Below, piece after piece: positions 39,001-53,362 of a stretch of DNA of 64,000 nucleotides; position 1 is the stretch's first letter, and every line of letters begins with the position of its first letter. A program made the translations under genes and the position numbers. Below the pieces are notes generated by a model. It ran no database searches, had not been told where the DNA came from, and saw only the letters and a program-made list of their open reading frames with translations. Source of the stretch: Azolla caroliniana (lineage: Eukaryota > Plantae > Polypodiophyta); NCBI GenBank assembly GCA_043228905.1, contig JBHGNT010000003.1:24614001-24678000 (forward strand), read 5' to 3'.

Positions 39001-42000
39001 TTATCAATCATTGGACAACATATATAGCCTGACCAGGAAATGACCAATCAGGATATTGCAGTACTTGGTCAGTAGACTTTGAGGCTTTGATCGCTACACT
39101 TGAATGATGGTAGGCTTTTGAAGATCCCTCACACGACATAGCCGTCTCTTCTATGAAGAGAGTAAAGGTGATCTGCTGGCTATTGTAAGTTGGGCTGCTA
39201 TGTTCACTGTGAGTACCAGGACAGGGAAATAACAAAGAAAGGAATCTTTGCATCCCTTAAGAGGCCAGAGTATTTATCCATCTGAACAAAATACTATATC
39301 CAAGAGAATGATGACAGAAATATATCAAGTGACTATTATTAGATAATCAATGTTCCATACAAATATAACAGACCTTGCAAAGGACTAGCCTATAAGTGAG
39401 AGCTTGAAATTAGCACTGTTACTATGAGATCTCAATATCAGAAGACTCTTTGACTGAGGAACATAAACAAACAGCCATAACTCATCTATGAGGATGAACC
39501 ATTATCCTGAGACTGCTAATTGTGGACACAAATCATCTCTGGTTATTGGTATGGCCACATGATGAGTTCAAAATTCAATAACTTGCAACCTTAAACATTC
39601 AAGACAATTTTTCAGATACACATCATAATCTCCCTAGGTATTGATTTTTCCCATGTAAAATCACCAGCTCTTCCAGACCTAAGCCAACAATTCTTTTGTG
39701 GCAGGAAACTCTTTCAATTAATCATTGTGATACCATGGTCATAGAAACAGTTTGTGGTGAGACAAAATGATAGGCACAGGAACACACTCCATTCCATTAA
39801 GGAAGAGGTAAGTCAAGCATATAGACCTGAAACAACATACTGAAATGGTCTTATATAAGATTGTGCATATGCTCAACTCCAACACTGAAATTTCCAAGAC
39901 CTTGGCCTATTTAGTTTACTTGAGGCTCTCATGCACACATGAAGTAAAACATAAAGAATTGACCATAAGAATTTTGATCCAAATATTGATGCTCTCATGC
40001 ACAAATGAAGATAGAATTGTCCATAAGAAATCCCCTTAATTCCAAACTCAAGTTTCAATAAGTTCTTCCTCATAATGGTGATTGCTAGATGGCAGAGATG
40101 ACTCCTGAACAAGCAAAGTTTTTTCTTATTTTCTTCTAACCATTTTGGAATTGCATAATTAGTTCAGTTGAGGATCCACCAGGCACATTTTCAAGTATAT
40201 TGATAAAGACATTTTATTATCCAGCTCTAGATGGCAATTCTTGACCACTAACAGTTGTATAAAGTTGATGTAGTAAACTGTAAAACGTACAACATTTCTG
40301 TGCTTCAGATTGTTTATAATCAGGAGTAGCTCAAGCTCACCCATACTAAATATAATCATAAATTTATACAAAACAGAAGAGGACAAAATTCAAGGGAAGA
40401 GAGGTAATGAGGGGTGAAGGGTGAGAAACACTGAAATGAGGCTCAAAATGGTTATCTGTTCTCAGCGTGATTCATCTGAAACCTCATTGCCCTGCCCTCC
40501 AGTTATAAAATGTCATGAAGACAGTCTATCAAATGTTACGTGATACGCATGCATGGTTATCCAGTTTCATTTAGTCAAAGCATTTGTCGTCACAAGGAAT
40601 CTCACCTTAAAAAAAGGGTGCTGAAGCACTTTAGCTGCTGTGGGCCTCTTATCTGGATCCCATGTGCACAAAGCCTGAAAAACAACGATTCTATTACTTG
40701 TTGGTTCTATAAGGAATAGTACACAAACAATGGCCAACAATAATATTAATTCAAGCATATACCAATATGAGATCTATTGCATCTGCACTAGCTGATGGCA
40801 ATAGGGCGGCCATATTACTTGCTGAAATCTGCATTATTGCAAAGATTGCAAATATAAGAAAGCTATCACGATATAAATTCAGGATATTAGAAATATGTAC
40901 ATGTTAATAGCTAATGTGACCAGACCTGGGGAAATTGGAAATTCATAGAAGCAGCAAGTTCCATGCCTTGCGGCCACGATTGGTGGTTTGGTGTTCCAAT
41001 GACACTACAAATCTTGAAAATTTCATCCAATTCACTGGAAAAAGTAGCCATTATGTAAGAACATATTCTACAATGTCCCATGCAAAAGAAAGATTTATTT
41101 GCATCCCAACAGATTTAAGTACGGTCTATAAGACCCAACAATAATTACACCTTACAACAATTTCTCATCTTGAAGATCGGTTACAAAAATGAATAAACGC
41201 TGCCAACCGTACTCTGCTAGTGGCTTGCCTAAAGAAAGAGAGAGCATAAAAGATAAAAAGAGTTTACAAACCTTTCGCCAGGAAAGAGAGGTCGCAATGT
41301 AAATAGCTCCGCCATTATTGCTCCCATTGCCCACAAGTCTGAAGAAAAATGATAATATTAGATCTATCCACCTAAACACCAAAGAAGACGAATAAAGGAC
41401 TGAAGTCTACCAATAGCTGGACCATAAGATTGTGACTGCAGTAAAACCTCTGGTGCTCGATACCTTCCCAGTATAAAGCGATTGGTCAGTAGAAAAAAAC
41501 TAATACATTTTATTAGTAACATTTTGCAAAATAAAGAAAGAATGATATATTCACATCTCTTTAAAGGTGCAAATCTAAAAATGTTCTCATATCATCTTCA
41601 AAAAAAGTATGACATTAATCACCATCTAGTAGAAACATAGTCAGTGTATGGTGGTTTGGAATCAACTTCCCTTGCAAGTCCAAAATCCGCAACTTTCACA
41701 AGATCCCCTGTTATGAGGAGATTTTCTGACAACAAACAATCGTTTGCTTCTGGAAGTTAGATCTGTTCATGTAGCAAAACATAAACTCACAGCTATAGCC
41801 CAGAAAATCACCTGGCTTCAAATCCCGGTGAAAATACCCACTCTTATGCATGTAATCTAATGCTTGAAATATTTGGAAACACCAATTTCTTATTTTTGTC
41901 TCTGAAAACGGTTTACCATGTTCTTTCATGACTTGATACAAGTTGAACTCCTGATTTGAATTACATAACAATTAGCACAAATTATGACCAACAATCCAAT

Positions 42001-42558
42001 GAATGTATAAGGGTAATATCACAGCCTCAAACAACATAATATATGTAAAAAATGAGACCATACCATGTATTCAAATATAAAAAACAGTTCATTGTTCTCC
42101 CTAACGACCTCCTTGAGCTTCATAACATGTGGATGATTTAATATCTGCAAAGACTGCAGAGCATGATAAAATGTCAGGGAAGGGCAAACTACAAATAACA
42201 TCATCTGATACATATTTTTTCTGTCCATACCTTCACCTCCCGAAGATTCATGCACTCATTCCACGAATAATATTTTCTTTTCATTTTTTTGATAGCCACC
42301 TGGGAGTCAAGCACCAAGAGAAAGTTGTAAAGATTTCAGGGACCCACATATGGGGTTATGGAATAAAAATCATTTAGGAAAGAAGTACTCACAATTTCAT
42401 TACTATGAATGTTGAATGCTTTCCACACACTCCCATAAGTACCATCCCCAAGTAGCTTGATAACTTTGTAGCTGCTTTTCAACAACAAAATAGATCAGTT
42501 CCGCAATAAGTAGCCCAAAAATAAAGCTTCATGCATGAATACAAATTTACCTTTGCAT
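36081..42558 (-). CDS. MHK: MAK/ICK/MHK-family (RCK) Ser/Thr kinase with a TDY activation motif
   Basis: Kinase-domain exons (minus strand): 42551-42558 (ATG), 42393-42471, 42231-42299, 42064-42153, 41812-41950, 41623-41725, 41411-41463, 41272-41338, 40926-41034, 40763-40828, 40606-40674. Motifs: [53 protein letters not shown]. In-phase tail exons: 38810-38867, 38602-38727, 38308-38445, 38123-38213, 37707-37781, and probable last exon 36081-36261. The 3' end is less certain. Confidence 0.9.
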
Positions 42559-45158
42559 AGTGACTGAGTAGCGTAACAAATCCTTTTATCAAATATAAGT
42601 AAAAGGCATGCTCTTCAAGTAAGAAAGGTTTGCTTCCTTCAAATCTGTGTGTCCGTTCTGACTATTCTTGTGATTTATCTCAGCAATGTAACCATGATGT
42701 GTGATATATGTCCTAGTAAAGAAGCTAAAAAATACATCTTCCAATTCTCGACCCAAAGGTACATTGGATTCTATAAGGGAGATCATTATTATTATTTTAT
42801 CCCGCAGAATAATGCTGTGAAACCATAGCTTTATCCAGTAACCCCCTCTACTTCAGGCCTTGCATGAAACAGCAACTTCAACACAAGGCCCTGCAATGCC
42901 AAGCCAGAAGAATACAGTGGCTCCATTTCTTCACGGTTGTATGCCATATCTGCTTAAAGTTTGTTTAGGATATTCTGATTACTTTGCCCTGGAAAAAAAC
43001 AAATAAAAAAATAGGAACAAGAATAAAATTTATCAGTATGTCCCCACAGCATAAGAAACACACTAACAAAGAAAACAAATACAACTACAATATCAAAAGT
43101 CAATAGAATCCGGTTGCCCAATTAATTCACTTTTTGGCCTAAATGGATTTGATTTTTCCTTGCTGCAAGATGTATTGGGATCCTGAGGTGTTCACGAAAA
43201 AATAAAAAAATATATCTCCTATAATCTTCAGTAATGTTTTCTCTTTGAGAAAGGGCTAAACCAAACCACCTTTTCCAATACTTACACCAGACCTGAATCT
43301 CTTATTCTGTGGCAAGTTTTGCAGCCCAATCAATAATCTATTCCCAAACAATTAAACAGTGCAATGTCCTCTTGTTTCAATGTAGTCTTGGGAACTTGAA
43401 TTAAAGAAAATAATGTTATATACAAAGATTATGTACTTCAAAATAGAGACTACACTTTTTGATCCACAAATTTGGATCGTATTCATTGTTCTTTGAAATA
43501 GCAATATACAAGTGGTATTCTTCATTCTACATTGGCTGGATTGTGATTCTTTGTTCTAAATTGGCAGAATTGTGATATTTTTCATTTTACATTTACAAAT
43601 GTGAAGGGCACAAGGGCACGCATCCATCAACCACCATAAGCATGATAGAATATAGTTAGAACTTGGCATGATCATATCATTAGTAGAAACACAAACCTAG
43701 CAACAAAAAATTTGATCTTTAAGATATTGCCAATAAAGAAACTCCAATGTAAAGGTAAACGCAAGTTGTCCTATGAGGAGAATTTTTCCCTAATTTACTT
43801 TATCTTGACTACCAATGACTTCACGATTCATAAGTGTGCGGGAAAACCATCGAAAAGATGTGATAGTTTTTCATTTCAAGTTAGCAAATCAAAAGGATGC
43901 CATGTCACCATGATATGAGGTTAGCATTAGAATTCAAAAAAATGTCATTTAAGATTCATAATTGTGTGAGAACAAAATAAAATTGTAGTGATCAGTTCTA
44001 GCCGTATACGTTCGCAATCAAAAGCAAACATTCAAATTGTTGTGCGAACTAGGATAATCAGTTATAAAGATGAATTATCATTGAACGGATGAACAACAAA
44101 GAAGAATGAGTATCCAGGAACAGAAATACAGGAATACGGAAGAAAACAAGCATGTAGAAACCTAAATTTCCTAATTATGGGGAAATGTTGGATAATTGAT
44201 CCTGTTTCTTCCTAACACAGCCATTCGAAAGGATGAAAGGATACACGATAAAGAAGGTGATGCCAGTAAGAACAGTAAGAAAGGCGTGGAGAGGAAGAGG
44301 GGTAACTTTGTGAATTCCAAAACAAATGCTTCTACATGACAAAATAGAGAGAGAAACACAGACAGAGTTTCGTGAATGTGGAAGAAGAAAAGTTTATGTA
44401 GATTATACAATCAATGACCTCAAGAGGAGAAATAAAGAATCAAGAGAAGGGGGGAAGGGGAAGGGGGGGGAGGGAGAGGGAGAGGGAGAGCTTTGTCAAT
44501 TCTCAAGAAGAAACAGTTTGTGGATGATGAGTATATAGAAAGAGGAGGGAGACAGAGATTTGCACAAATTTTTCTCCAAAAGATAAAGTTTATAATTTTG
44601 TCAAGAAACACAAGAGCTAGAAAGACAGATCTATCATGGCAGAAATTAGTGAGGTGTGAAACTTTTTCTAGATTATCAAATCCATAACTGAGAGACGGTA
44701 TTGCATCGTGATGAATTAACTGCATTATAATTAAACCATGCTCAGCTAAAAGAAAGAATTAGCATTGAAAAGGATGAAAGCAAGTGAAGAAATGGATTAT
44801 TAGAAATCAGACACGGAAAAAAATCGAGAGACAGCACAAAAATGGACCTTTTGAGAATCGGCAAAGAAGAAAAGTTTGTAGATGATAAGAACGGATATAA
44901 AGGACAGAGAGAAAGAGAGAACTTTCAGCAGATTCTGAAGAAGGGAAATTTGTAGATAATGAAAATCACATACATGAAGCCACGGAAAGGGAAGACCCAG
45001 AGTAATAAGGAAACAAAGATAGGGAGAACAATATAGCTAAAAACACGAAGAGGGGGGGGGGGGAGAGAGAGAGAGAGAGATGACGACCATACATCTTCTC
45101 GGAATTCTGAAGAAACCATGATTATAAAATCACAGCAGGAGAAAAGACATAGAGACCG

Positions 45159-45226
<68 letters not shown>

Positions 45227-45818
45227 AGAGCTAACCTTCCCTGACATCAGACAAGAAGACGAGTTTTAATAGACGAACAGACATGTAAATACGGATATAA
45301 ATAGAGACAGACAGACAGAACTCGGAAAGAGGAAGACAACCTTAAATAAATATAAACCGAGATAGAGAGTGCGGGAACTAACCTTCTGTGAATTCGGGCG
45401 TCAAAGAAGACTGATCAGCTTGAAGACGAGGAAGAGGAAGAAGAAGAAGAAGGGTCAACCGGCAGCAGAAAGGGGAATCGTCCAGTAGAAGGAAGAAGGA
45501 GAAGGAGAAGAATCGGTTACCAGAAGGTGAAGGGGAAAAAAAGAAGAATCAGGGGGGGGATTGAAGACGAATGACAGAAAGAAAGAACGAAGAAGATGAG
45601 ATCGGATCGGATGGGATCGGATGGGATCGGATCGGGTCTGAGGAGAAGATCAGCTTTCTCTGCTGCTCAAGAACCTCCCATGGATTGATATGTCAGAGAT
45701 GGAGAAGGAGAAAGAAAGCCGCGACTAACGGGTAAGACCGAGAAACGCCATGGCCGAACCTCCCACCACAACACAGACACAGAGAAAGAGAGAGAGAGAG
45801 AGAAGGAATGAATCCACA

Positions 45819-45849
<31 letters not shown>

Positions 45850-46004
45850 AAGAGAGAAAGAAAAAGAAAAATAGGATAAATATAAAAATAAGAGGAAATT
45901 TAGATAAATAAGAAGCCTAAACAAAACAAAAACGAAGAAGAAAAATAGATGTAAGATACATACACATGAGGTGGGTGGGTTGGTGTGTGGCATTGTCTCA
46001 TTGG

Positions 46005-46360
46005 CCTGGGAAAGTGACGAGCACCCGAGGCCTCGGAGCCTGGGAAAGTGGTGGGCACCCGAGCCCTTTGAGCCTGAGAAAGTGGCAGGCACCCGAGGCC
46101 TCAGAGTCTGGGAAAGTGGTGGCACCCATGGCCTTAGAGCCTGGGAAAGTGGTGGGCACCCGAAGCCTTAGAGCTTGAGAAAGTGGCGGGCACTCGAGGC
46201 CTCAGAGCCTAGGAAAGCGGTGGCACCCGTGACCTTACAGCCTGAGAAAGTGGCGGGCACCCGAGGCCTCGGAGCCTAGGAAAGCGGTGGCACCCGAGGC
46301 CTCGAAGGAGCGTGTGGGAAAGTGGCGGCACCCACGACCTCAAAGCTTGGGAAAGTAGCA
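46005..46360. repeat. GC-rich 33-34-bp minisatellite, 11 copies, upstream of the kinase gene
   Basis: gaaag(t/c)gg(c/t)gggcacccgaggcctcggagcct units start at 46010, 46044, 46078, 46112, 46145, 46179, 46213, 46246, 46280, 46318 and 46351. Confidence 0.95.
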
Positions 46361-47036
46361 GTGCATTGTATCCTCCGCCCGTGCCCTTGCGTCCTCGCTC
46401 TCTTTACCCCGACCACTCGGCATGTGCCACTATATCCCTAGTGACTGCTTGTTTGTTTTACTTTTTATTCTAGCATTTGTCGTTGATATATAAGACATCC
46501 CTTATATCCTCAATGATTGCCTCGTGACACGGCAACAATCAAGTAAATATCATCTATCTACATGCCAACCCATCTATTTAAAAAAATATTTAATGATCTT
46601 TTCTCCATCAATCAAACATGCTTACCATGTCCATATCCCATTGGTCGATCACTTTCTGTGTTAACCAATGTTTACATACATATATTTCATGAAACCTAGG
46701 TTTATGTAGACAAGCAAAACCCTTTTTTTTATTGGTTCAGGTGAGAGTATGAAAACGGAATGCTTGTTCTCGTCTTTATTGTCATTAGTCTTTCTATTGA
46801 GCCCATCATCGTGATTATGCATCTTGTACATCCCTAGTCTTCATCCACACGGTGTCGTACTATGTTGCTCATTCACTTCATGCAGTTTGTTGACGTGTCA
46901 CCCAAGGCTTGCAAATAAAGTTTCCCCAATCAATCGATGCTTGCTAGTCAAGATCTTCGCAATTATGTCGCCTTACTCGATGAATTATTCAATAACTTTT
47001 TTTATCAAAATATTTCTATATATGTCGTTGTAGTCG

Positions 47037-47403
47037 ATATGTACAACTTTTGAACTATTATTAGTGTGTTATGCATGTGGAAGGGTTACTCTATGTTGAT
47101 TTTCATTGGTGCTTTTATGATATTACGATGATAGTAGTTTAATGATAGTAGTTTGTATAAAAGATGGTGGAAGGTGTGTCAAAAGAAGGAAAGGAATTAA
47201 AAGGAAACGCTTATCAAAATAATGTTATATATGTCTCATAATTTATATGTACAACTTTTGCAGTATTTTGTGTTATGTACGTGGAAGGGTTGTTCTTTAC
47301 TGATTTTCATATGTGCTTTTATGATATTACAACGATAGTAGTTTGTATAAAAGATGGTCAAAGGTTTGTGAAAAGAATGAAGGAAGTTAAAAGAAAATGC
47401 TTA
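47037..47403. repeat. Tandem duplication (~208-bp period)
   Basis: atatgtacaacttttg...gtggaagggtt...gatagtagtttgtataaaagatggt occurs twice. Confidence 0.85.
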
Positions 47404-48283
47404 CCCTAGTCTATATATAAGAAGTTGGTTTTGTTAGTGCTACTTATTTCTTGACTAGACAACGAGATTGGCTTGATTGGTCATATTAGAAGCTTGACTC
47501 GCTCACCGTGGATTGATTTAGAAAGTGTGTAATGTGTGTGAGTACAAAGGTGCCAACATTAGGGCATATGCCCTTCCTCTTTGTTCTAGTCAGTAAGAGT
47601 TATGAACAATCCTTGCTTTGGATGGAGCTATATCAAGGTGTAAACACGAGTGGATGTAGTGAACGTAATTTTATAGAGTGATAATGGCATCTAAAATGTA
47701 AGAAGACGTTGCTTTGGAAAGACACAACTTATTTGTGTCTCCACAAATTACAAATTCACAACCAAACAAGGTTGGTTCCATTCATACAACAAAACCATTT
47801 GAGAGGCACTGATTATCCACCAATTGAGATTGGGACTCAAAAGATTGTATTGTGTTAGATCATGGAAGTAAGTACATGCCACCTTAATGTCAAGCATAAC
47901 AAGTTCATCGATGATTGATAAATTATGACTTAAGAATGCCAAGCATTAAGTGTGGATGGCATGTGAACACGTATGAAATGTAGAGAGCTTGTATCAAACC
48001 CAACATCTCAATCACGAGAGACCAATTATTCGAAAGACGTTATAAAAGAGCAAGCAAGCAATGGGAATAATAAGCGAATAAGCATGCCAATTTGCAACCA
48101 AATTTAGTCCAATAATTATATAGATTGACAAGGAGGTGTATCCAAGTTTAAGGGCATGATCTCGTCATAATGTGAGTGTATCCAACACTTTGCAATATGC
48201 ATTTCATGTAATTTGATGTTCTAGTATCCAATGTGTCGCAAATGTGTGTGTGTGTATGTGTGCGTGCGCGCGCGAGAGAGAGA

Positions 48284-48676
48284 GAATTAGAATTAGAATT
48301 TTTATCGTCCATAAAGAGTCCAAATTTGACCTATGGGACCAGAGTATACATGTGTTCTTGATATATGTCTCCTTCCTAAGAAGGGGTATTCATATGTTGA
48401 AGCACAAAGTCTCTATGCGTAAATAAAGCATACACATATGAGCTCAACCTTCCAGGTGGTGTCTTAAGTATGGATCTTAAGTTATCACTCCCTCTTAGTA
48501 TGTCAACTTATCTTGAACGAATTGCACTATATGTTGAGCATGTGAAGAGCAAGTGACATTCATCCTCTACCATGCCTTCATTGCATACTTTACATGTCTT
48601 CAATTTCGTTACATTTTGATACCATGATGCAACTTCAATACCTAACTTGTGAGATCGAGTGCGAAGTAGTGTAAGG

Positions 48677-48678
<2 letters not shown>
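48284..48678 (-). mobile_element. RTE-X-like LINE 3' fragment with an (ATTCTA)n tail, embedded in (GA)n
   Basis: LRTRSHKLGIEVASW...CKVCNEGMVEDECHLLFTCSTYSAIR; short tandem-repeat tail at 48284-48300; (GA)n at 48274-48285 and 48679-48717. Confidence 0.78.
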
Positions 48679-48719
<41 letters not shown>

Positions 48720-51700
48720 TTAGCATAAGAATGAATGTGTTAGAGCCATGCCCTTAAGGAGATCTAGCGGTTTGATAATGTTCAAAGTATGTTGTTATCA
48801 AATGAAGAACGAAGGCAAAAGTATAGAGCTCACATGAAAAGTCATAATGAATGTGGTTGTCATGAACCTATGAACAAAGTATAAAGAGGTATATGCTCTT
48901 CCATCCTTCCTAGATGGGAAAACAGTGTGATAACATATGACAACATACACCAAGGATATTCATATGGTAGTTTAAGTGTCTATTAAACTATGTGCATTGA
49001 CCAAGAACCACCTCTGAATCATATCTTGCCCTTCTCAATCCTCCCACAATAGGGAATATAGGCATGTTGTGATGGGAAAATCATAAGATATATTTGCTAA
49101 CCACCACATTTGACTATGAACTAAATTTCTTCGCATAATTAGGAAAATTAAGCTAATATATTTGAAAGGTTAATGAAGTGATCCAAACAACTAGGGACCT
49201 TAGCTTTTGACCAAGCATGCATATGTAAATTGGAAAACCAACAAACATACTTTTGTTTTATTTTATTCACATGAGCATGTTGTGTCTGTTTTCCATTTTT
49301 ATTACTTGGGGTGGGACATGACCTCCTGTAATGCGTGTCATTTATCTGCTTCGTGGAATTAGTTGTCTTTTTCTAGAAAGATCGAAAGATACCACACAAC
49401 GAACTTTAAGCTACACGTCTTGAGCGCACGGTGGTCGATAGTGGCTGAAGATATTTGTCTTGATTGATAAAATAAAATAAGTTAGAGGTGTTAGAAACAT
49501 AATGTTGCCGACACTTTGGATGTTTATTCCAATGACTTTGGGCTTTTATCACATTCGTAGCTAGTTGGAAAGGGAAATAGTTTTCACAATCCTAATTGAG
49601 TTAATCCATTATTAAGCAAGTGATTGATTGCTCCATGATTAAAACGTTACAACTAGCCCCCTCTACTTGTGTGAATTAATCCACAATTAGAGAAGTGTGT
49701 CATTCCCATCATTTCTCACAATGAACAAAATTGATTCGACAAATTCAAATTTCTGTTGCATCTCTCAAAGAGAAGACAAATCTATAATCAACCTTAAAAC
49801 TCTAATTAAGTTTAAATGTTTTGACCAATCACATAAATAAATCGATATCGGGAAATGTCAAGCAATCTTATTTGATGTTGGAGATGTATAAAGCATGTGT
49901 GTGTTATGTTTCTCCTTGCATTGTTAACATGATAACCTCATGCGTATACAAACAAACAAATTTGTCAGATTTACAAAGAATAGTAAATAGCATGCAAAAG
50001 CAAAGTTTTCAAATCATGCTTCAGTACGTAATGTCTAGTTTTTTAATCGATGCCATAAGATTACAACCACAAATCCTACGTGATTTTGATGGATGCAACA
50101 TGCATGGACTAAATCGAGAATATTTTGAACCTCATAAAACACATTTTTGCAAAAATTCTAATATTTAGTGGAGCTGAAGTGTAATAATTGATGTACTTAA
50201 CAAGTTAAAGGACATGAGAATACAATAGAGGAACGCCACTCCCAATACAAAGAGGGTTGGGTGCTTAAAGAAGGAATAATTAAGATTGGAATGCTTGGCC
50301 GGAGATTAATGAAGTTTTTTGCTTTTTAAGACGATAAATTTTAAGAAGAAGTAAATGAAAAAGAGATTAAGGAAGTTTTTTTGCTTTTTAACACGATAAA
50401 AGTTAAGAAGTACGAAGAGGCTAAAAAGTTGGATTTTATACTTCCCTTACAATGAAGTGCTTTCTTTTGCTATTGTCCCCCCATTGAGACAAAGGCGGTC
50501 TCAAAGTTCCTTAAGTTCTAACTACTCCCTATCTTTCAACATCTCACTTCCGCAAGGATACTAATGCCAATGTCACCAAAGAGGCTTGGATTTGAAATGT
50601 ACAACTAACAATTAACAATTAATCATGACATTGACAAACTTTCTATTGCGATTAATGTTAAATATAAAAACTAGCATCGTGATAAATGTTGTGAGTAATT
50701 GATTAGAAGAGAGTAACACAAAATATGCCATTGATGCAAGAGTACAAGCTCTTAGTTATTGTGAAGCCTTCATTAATTTGGCATCACTCATTTTCACTTT
50801 CTTTAGATAACCAATATGCAAGCAAGACATAATATGGATTTGGATGTTTTGACTATAATGATAATATGATTGTTTCCCGTGGAATTTGGTAGGTATAACT
50901 TATGAGCACAAGATTAATAAACATTGCAAAAGATAGAAGGTTGGATATAGAATTGGCCTCAATGTTGTACGTTATAACCGCACCAACCAATACATGCATA
51001 TTGCAATTTGGTAAAAGGTATTTGATTCATTAAACATGTATCAACTTACAACTAGCGAGGCATGCACATTTGTTTCTCTGTCATCATAGGTAAAACCACA
51101 CGGTGATAGATTGTGTGCATGAGTAAAAATACATGATACAAACATTCTCTTCAATAAAACTTTTAACATTTTAGTTATGCTTTTAATCATTGTGTTTATC
51201 CACAAACCATTTGGGGCAGTTACACATTCTTTTATAATAACACAAATTCTTAGTCAAAAAGAGAAAATCCATGGTATGAAAGATTAATACTTGGGTATAC
51301 ATATTGCGATTTCAATCATACTTGCAACCAACACAACTCCTCATCATATTCGTGTATTTAGCAAATATTGTGCGTTTTAATGGACGTGACATGAGGATAT
51401 GTGACTAGACATATAGCATTAAGCTTGTAACAAGTGAAATTTTGTACATTCTAGATTTCCATTGGTTTGTGTTTCATTGTTGCTTTACATGGACAATATC
51501 TACACAAATAGATACGGTGCATGAAATCAATTACAACCGAATCAAATGTAGGTAAATTTTGCCAACTCCATTTAGCATTTTACTACCCACATGAGTCAAA
51601 AGCAATATGTATTGCAAAACATGATAAAAAGGAGGAGAATATAACAACACAATGAATGACATCCAAAAATGTATTGTACTTTTAAGGGTAATGTTGTGCA

Positions 51701-52765
51701 AAGTCCTTTGGGTGGGCAAATAGTTAGTGTGATGATCTTAGACTACAACAATGAAGAGTTTTTATAATTAACTTCGCAATAAAGTTGTTGCTCGAGACTT
51801 AGATTTGTGAGCTTACATTGCAAAACATATTTGAATTTAGGAACAAAACGATAGTAAAAGCCATTGCTTGACACTTAAACTTACGAGCTTACATTGCGAC
51901 ACATATTAAACTTTATGAATGTTGACACCGTACCCTTAGAAGCTATAAACAATTATTTAGGTGGAGGTCTAAAATATATTCTATGTTGTGCTCAAGATGT
52001 GATGTCTTGTCTCCAATTTATATTTCCTTTCTTTGTATGTACATAATTTCATTGTTTGGTTCAACAAAGGCATCTAATTGGAGGCATGCATCATCACTAA
52101 CATTTGTGCTTTACAATAACTTGATTTTAGTTGTTGGTACTAGTGGTTCCTTGCATTAACTTGATTTTATTTGTTATTATTGGTCATAATAATTTAAAGA
52201 AAAAACATGTTTGAGAATTGAAGTTTTATCACACAATATTTCCCATTTTGTATATATTTGGGATACGTTTCTAGCCATTATTGCCTTTATACCTACCACA
52301 TTTAGTAGTTTCACTTTTTGCTCAAATTCGAATACGTTTTCAACAAAGTTATTAAAATGTATGTTGAATGAAGCTTGTTATAAATGAGGACAACAGTTTC
52401 AAACCCCATTTTATTGTATTTACATCATACACTTATTATTCTCGAACATAACATTTTTGTAATTGCGTATGTGATAATTGAACACATAAAGTTTTCAAAC
52501 AATTACGAAAGTCTACGATAAACATGATATCATCATGGATATTCTTTGGAATGTCCATATAGTGATTTTGGGTAATGTTGTACTTAGAAATTAGGCTTGA
52601 ACTTATCCAAATTCTAATAGTTTGTAGCTTATAGACAATCTCCATTATTCTTGAAGAATGACCTATAACTACATCTTGATGTAGTTCGCACTTTTTCATT
52701 CTCCTATCCTCGAGTATTAAAATAATTATTCAATGATGTTAACAAAAATATATTGATTTTTTCTT

Positions 52766-53362
52766 TGTTTCCCTAAAAGCTTATGCTTTTGCGTTATATC
52801 TCCGAATACTACCATTGAAGATAGTAAGTTGAGACATTATGAGTCAATGGAGCTTCTTTGGATCCTTATGGGACGTTGAATTTGTGTTTGCCATAACAAG
52901 GAACAATAAAAATGCTTTGTCTAATGCCAACAAATCAAAGAATGCAAAGACTATAGTGAATCGAATGAATGTTTCCCTAAAAGCTTATGCTTTTTTGTTA
53001 TCATTCCAAATACTATCATTGAAGATAGTAAGTTGAAACATTACGAGTTGACGGAGCTTCTTTGGATCCTTATGGGACGTTGAATTTGTGGTTACCATAA
53101 CAAGGAACCATAAAAAAGCTTTGTATGATGCCGCCAAAACAAAGAATGCAAAGACTAGAGTGAATGGAATGAATGTTTCCCTAAAAGCTTATGCTTTTTT
53201 GTTATTTCTCCAAATATTATCATTGAAACATTATGAGTTGACGGAGCTTCTTTGGATCCTTATGGGACGTTGAATTTGTGTTTACCATAACAAGGAACAA
53301 TAATAAAGCTTTGTATGATGCCAACAAATCAAAGAATTCAAAGACTAGAGTGAATGGAATGA
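52766..53362. repeat. ~205-bp tandem repeat, about 3 copies
   Basis: tgtttccctaaaagcttatgcttt...ggagcttctttggatccttatgggacgttgaatttgtg...aaagactagagtgaat repeated. Confidence 0.9.

Noticed and set aside
39008-39281. Possible extra kinase exon in the 1.7-kb intron
   Set aside because: The obvious acceptor gives an in-frame stop, and the flanking exons already join in phase.
46005-46360. CRISPR-like periodicity
   Set aside because: Units are contiguous with no unique spacers, there are no cas genes, and the context is eukaryotic.
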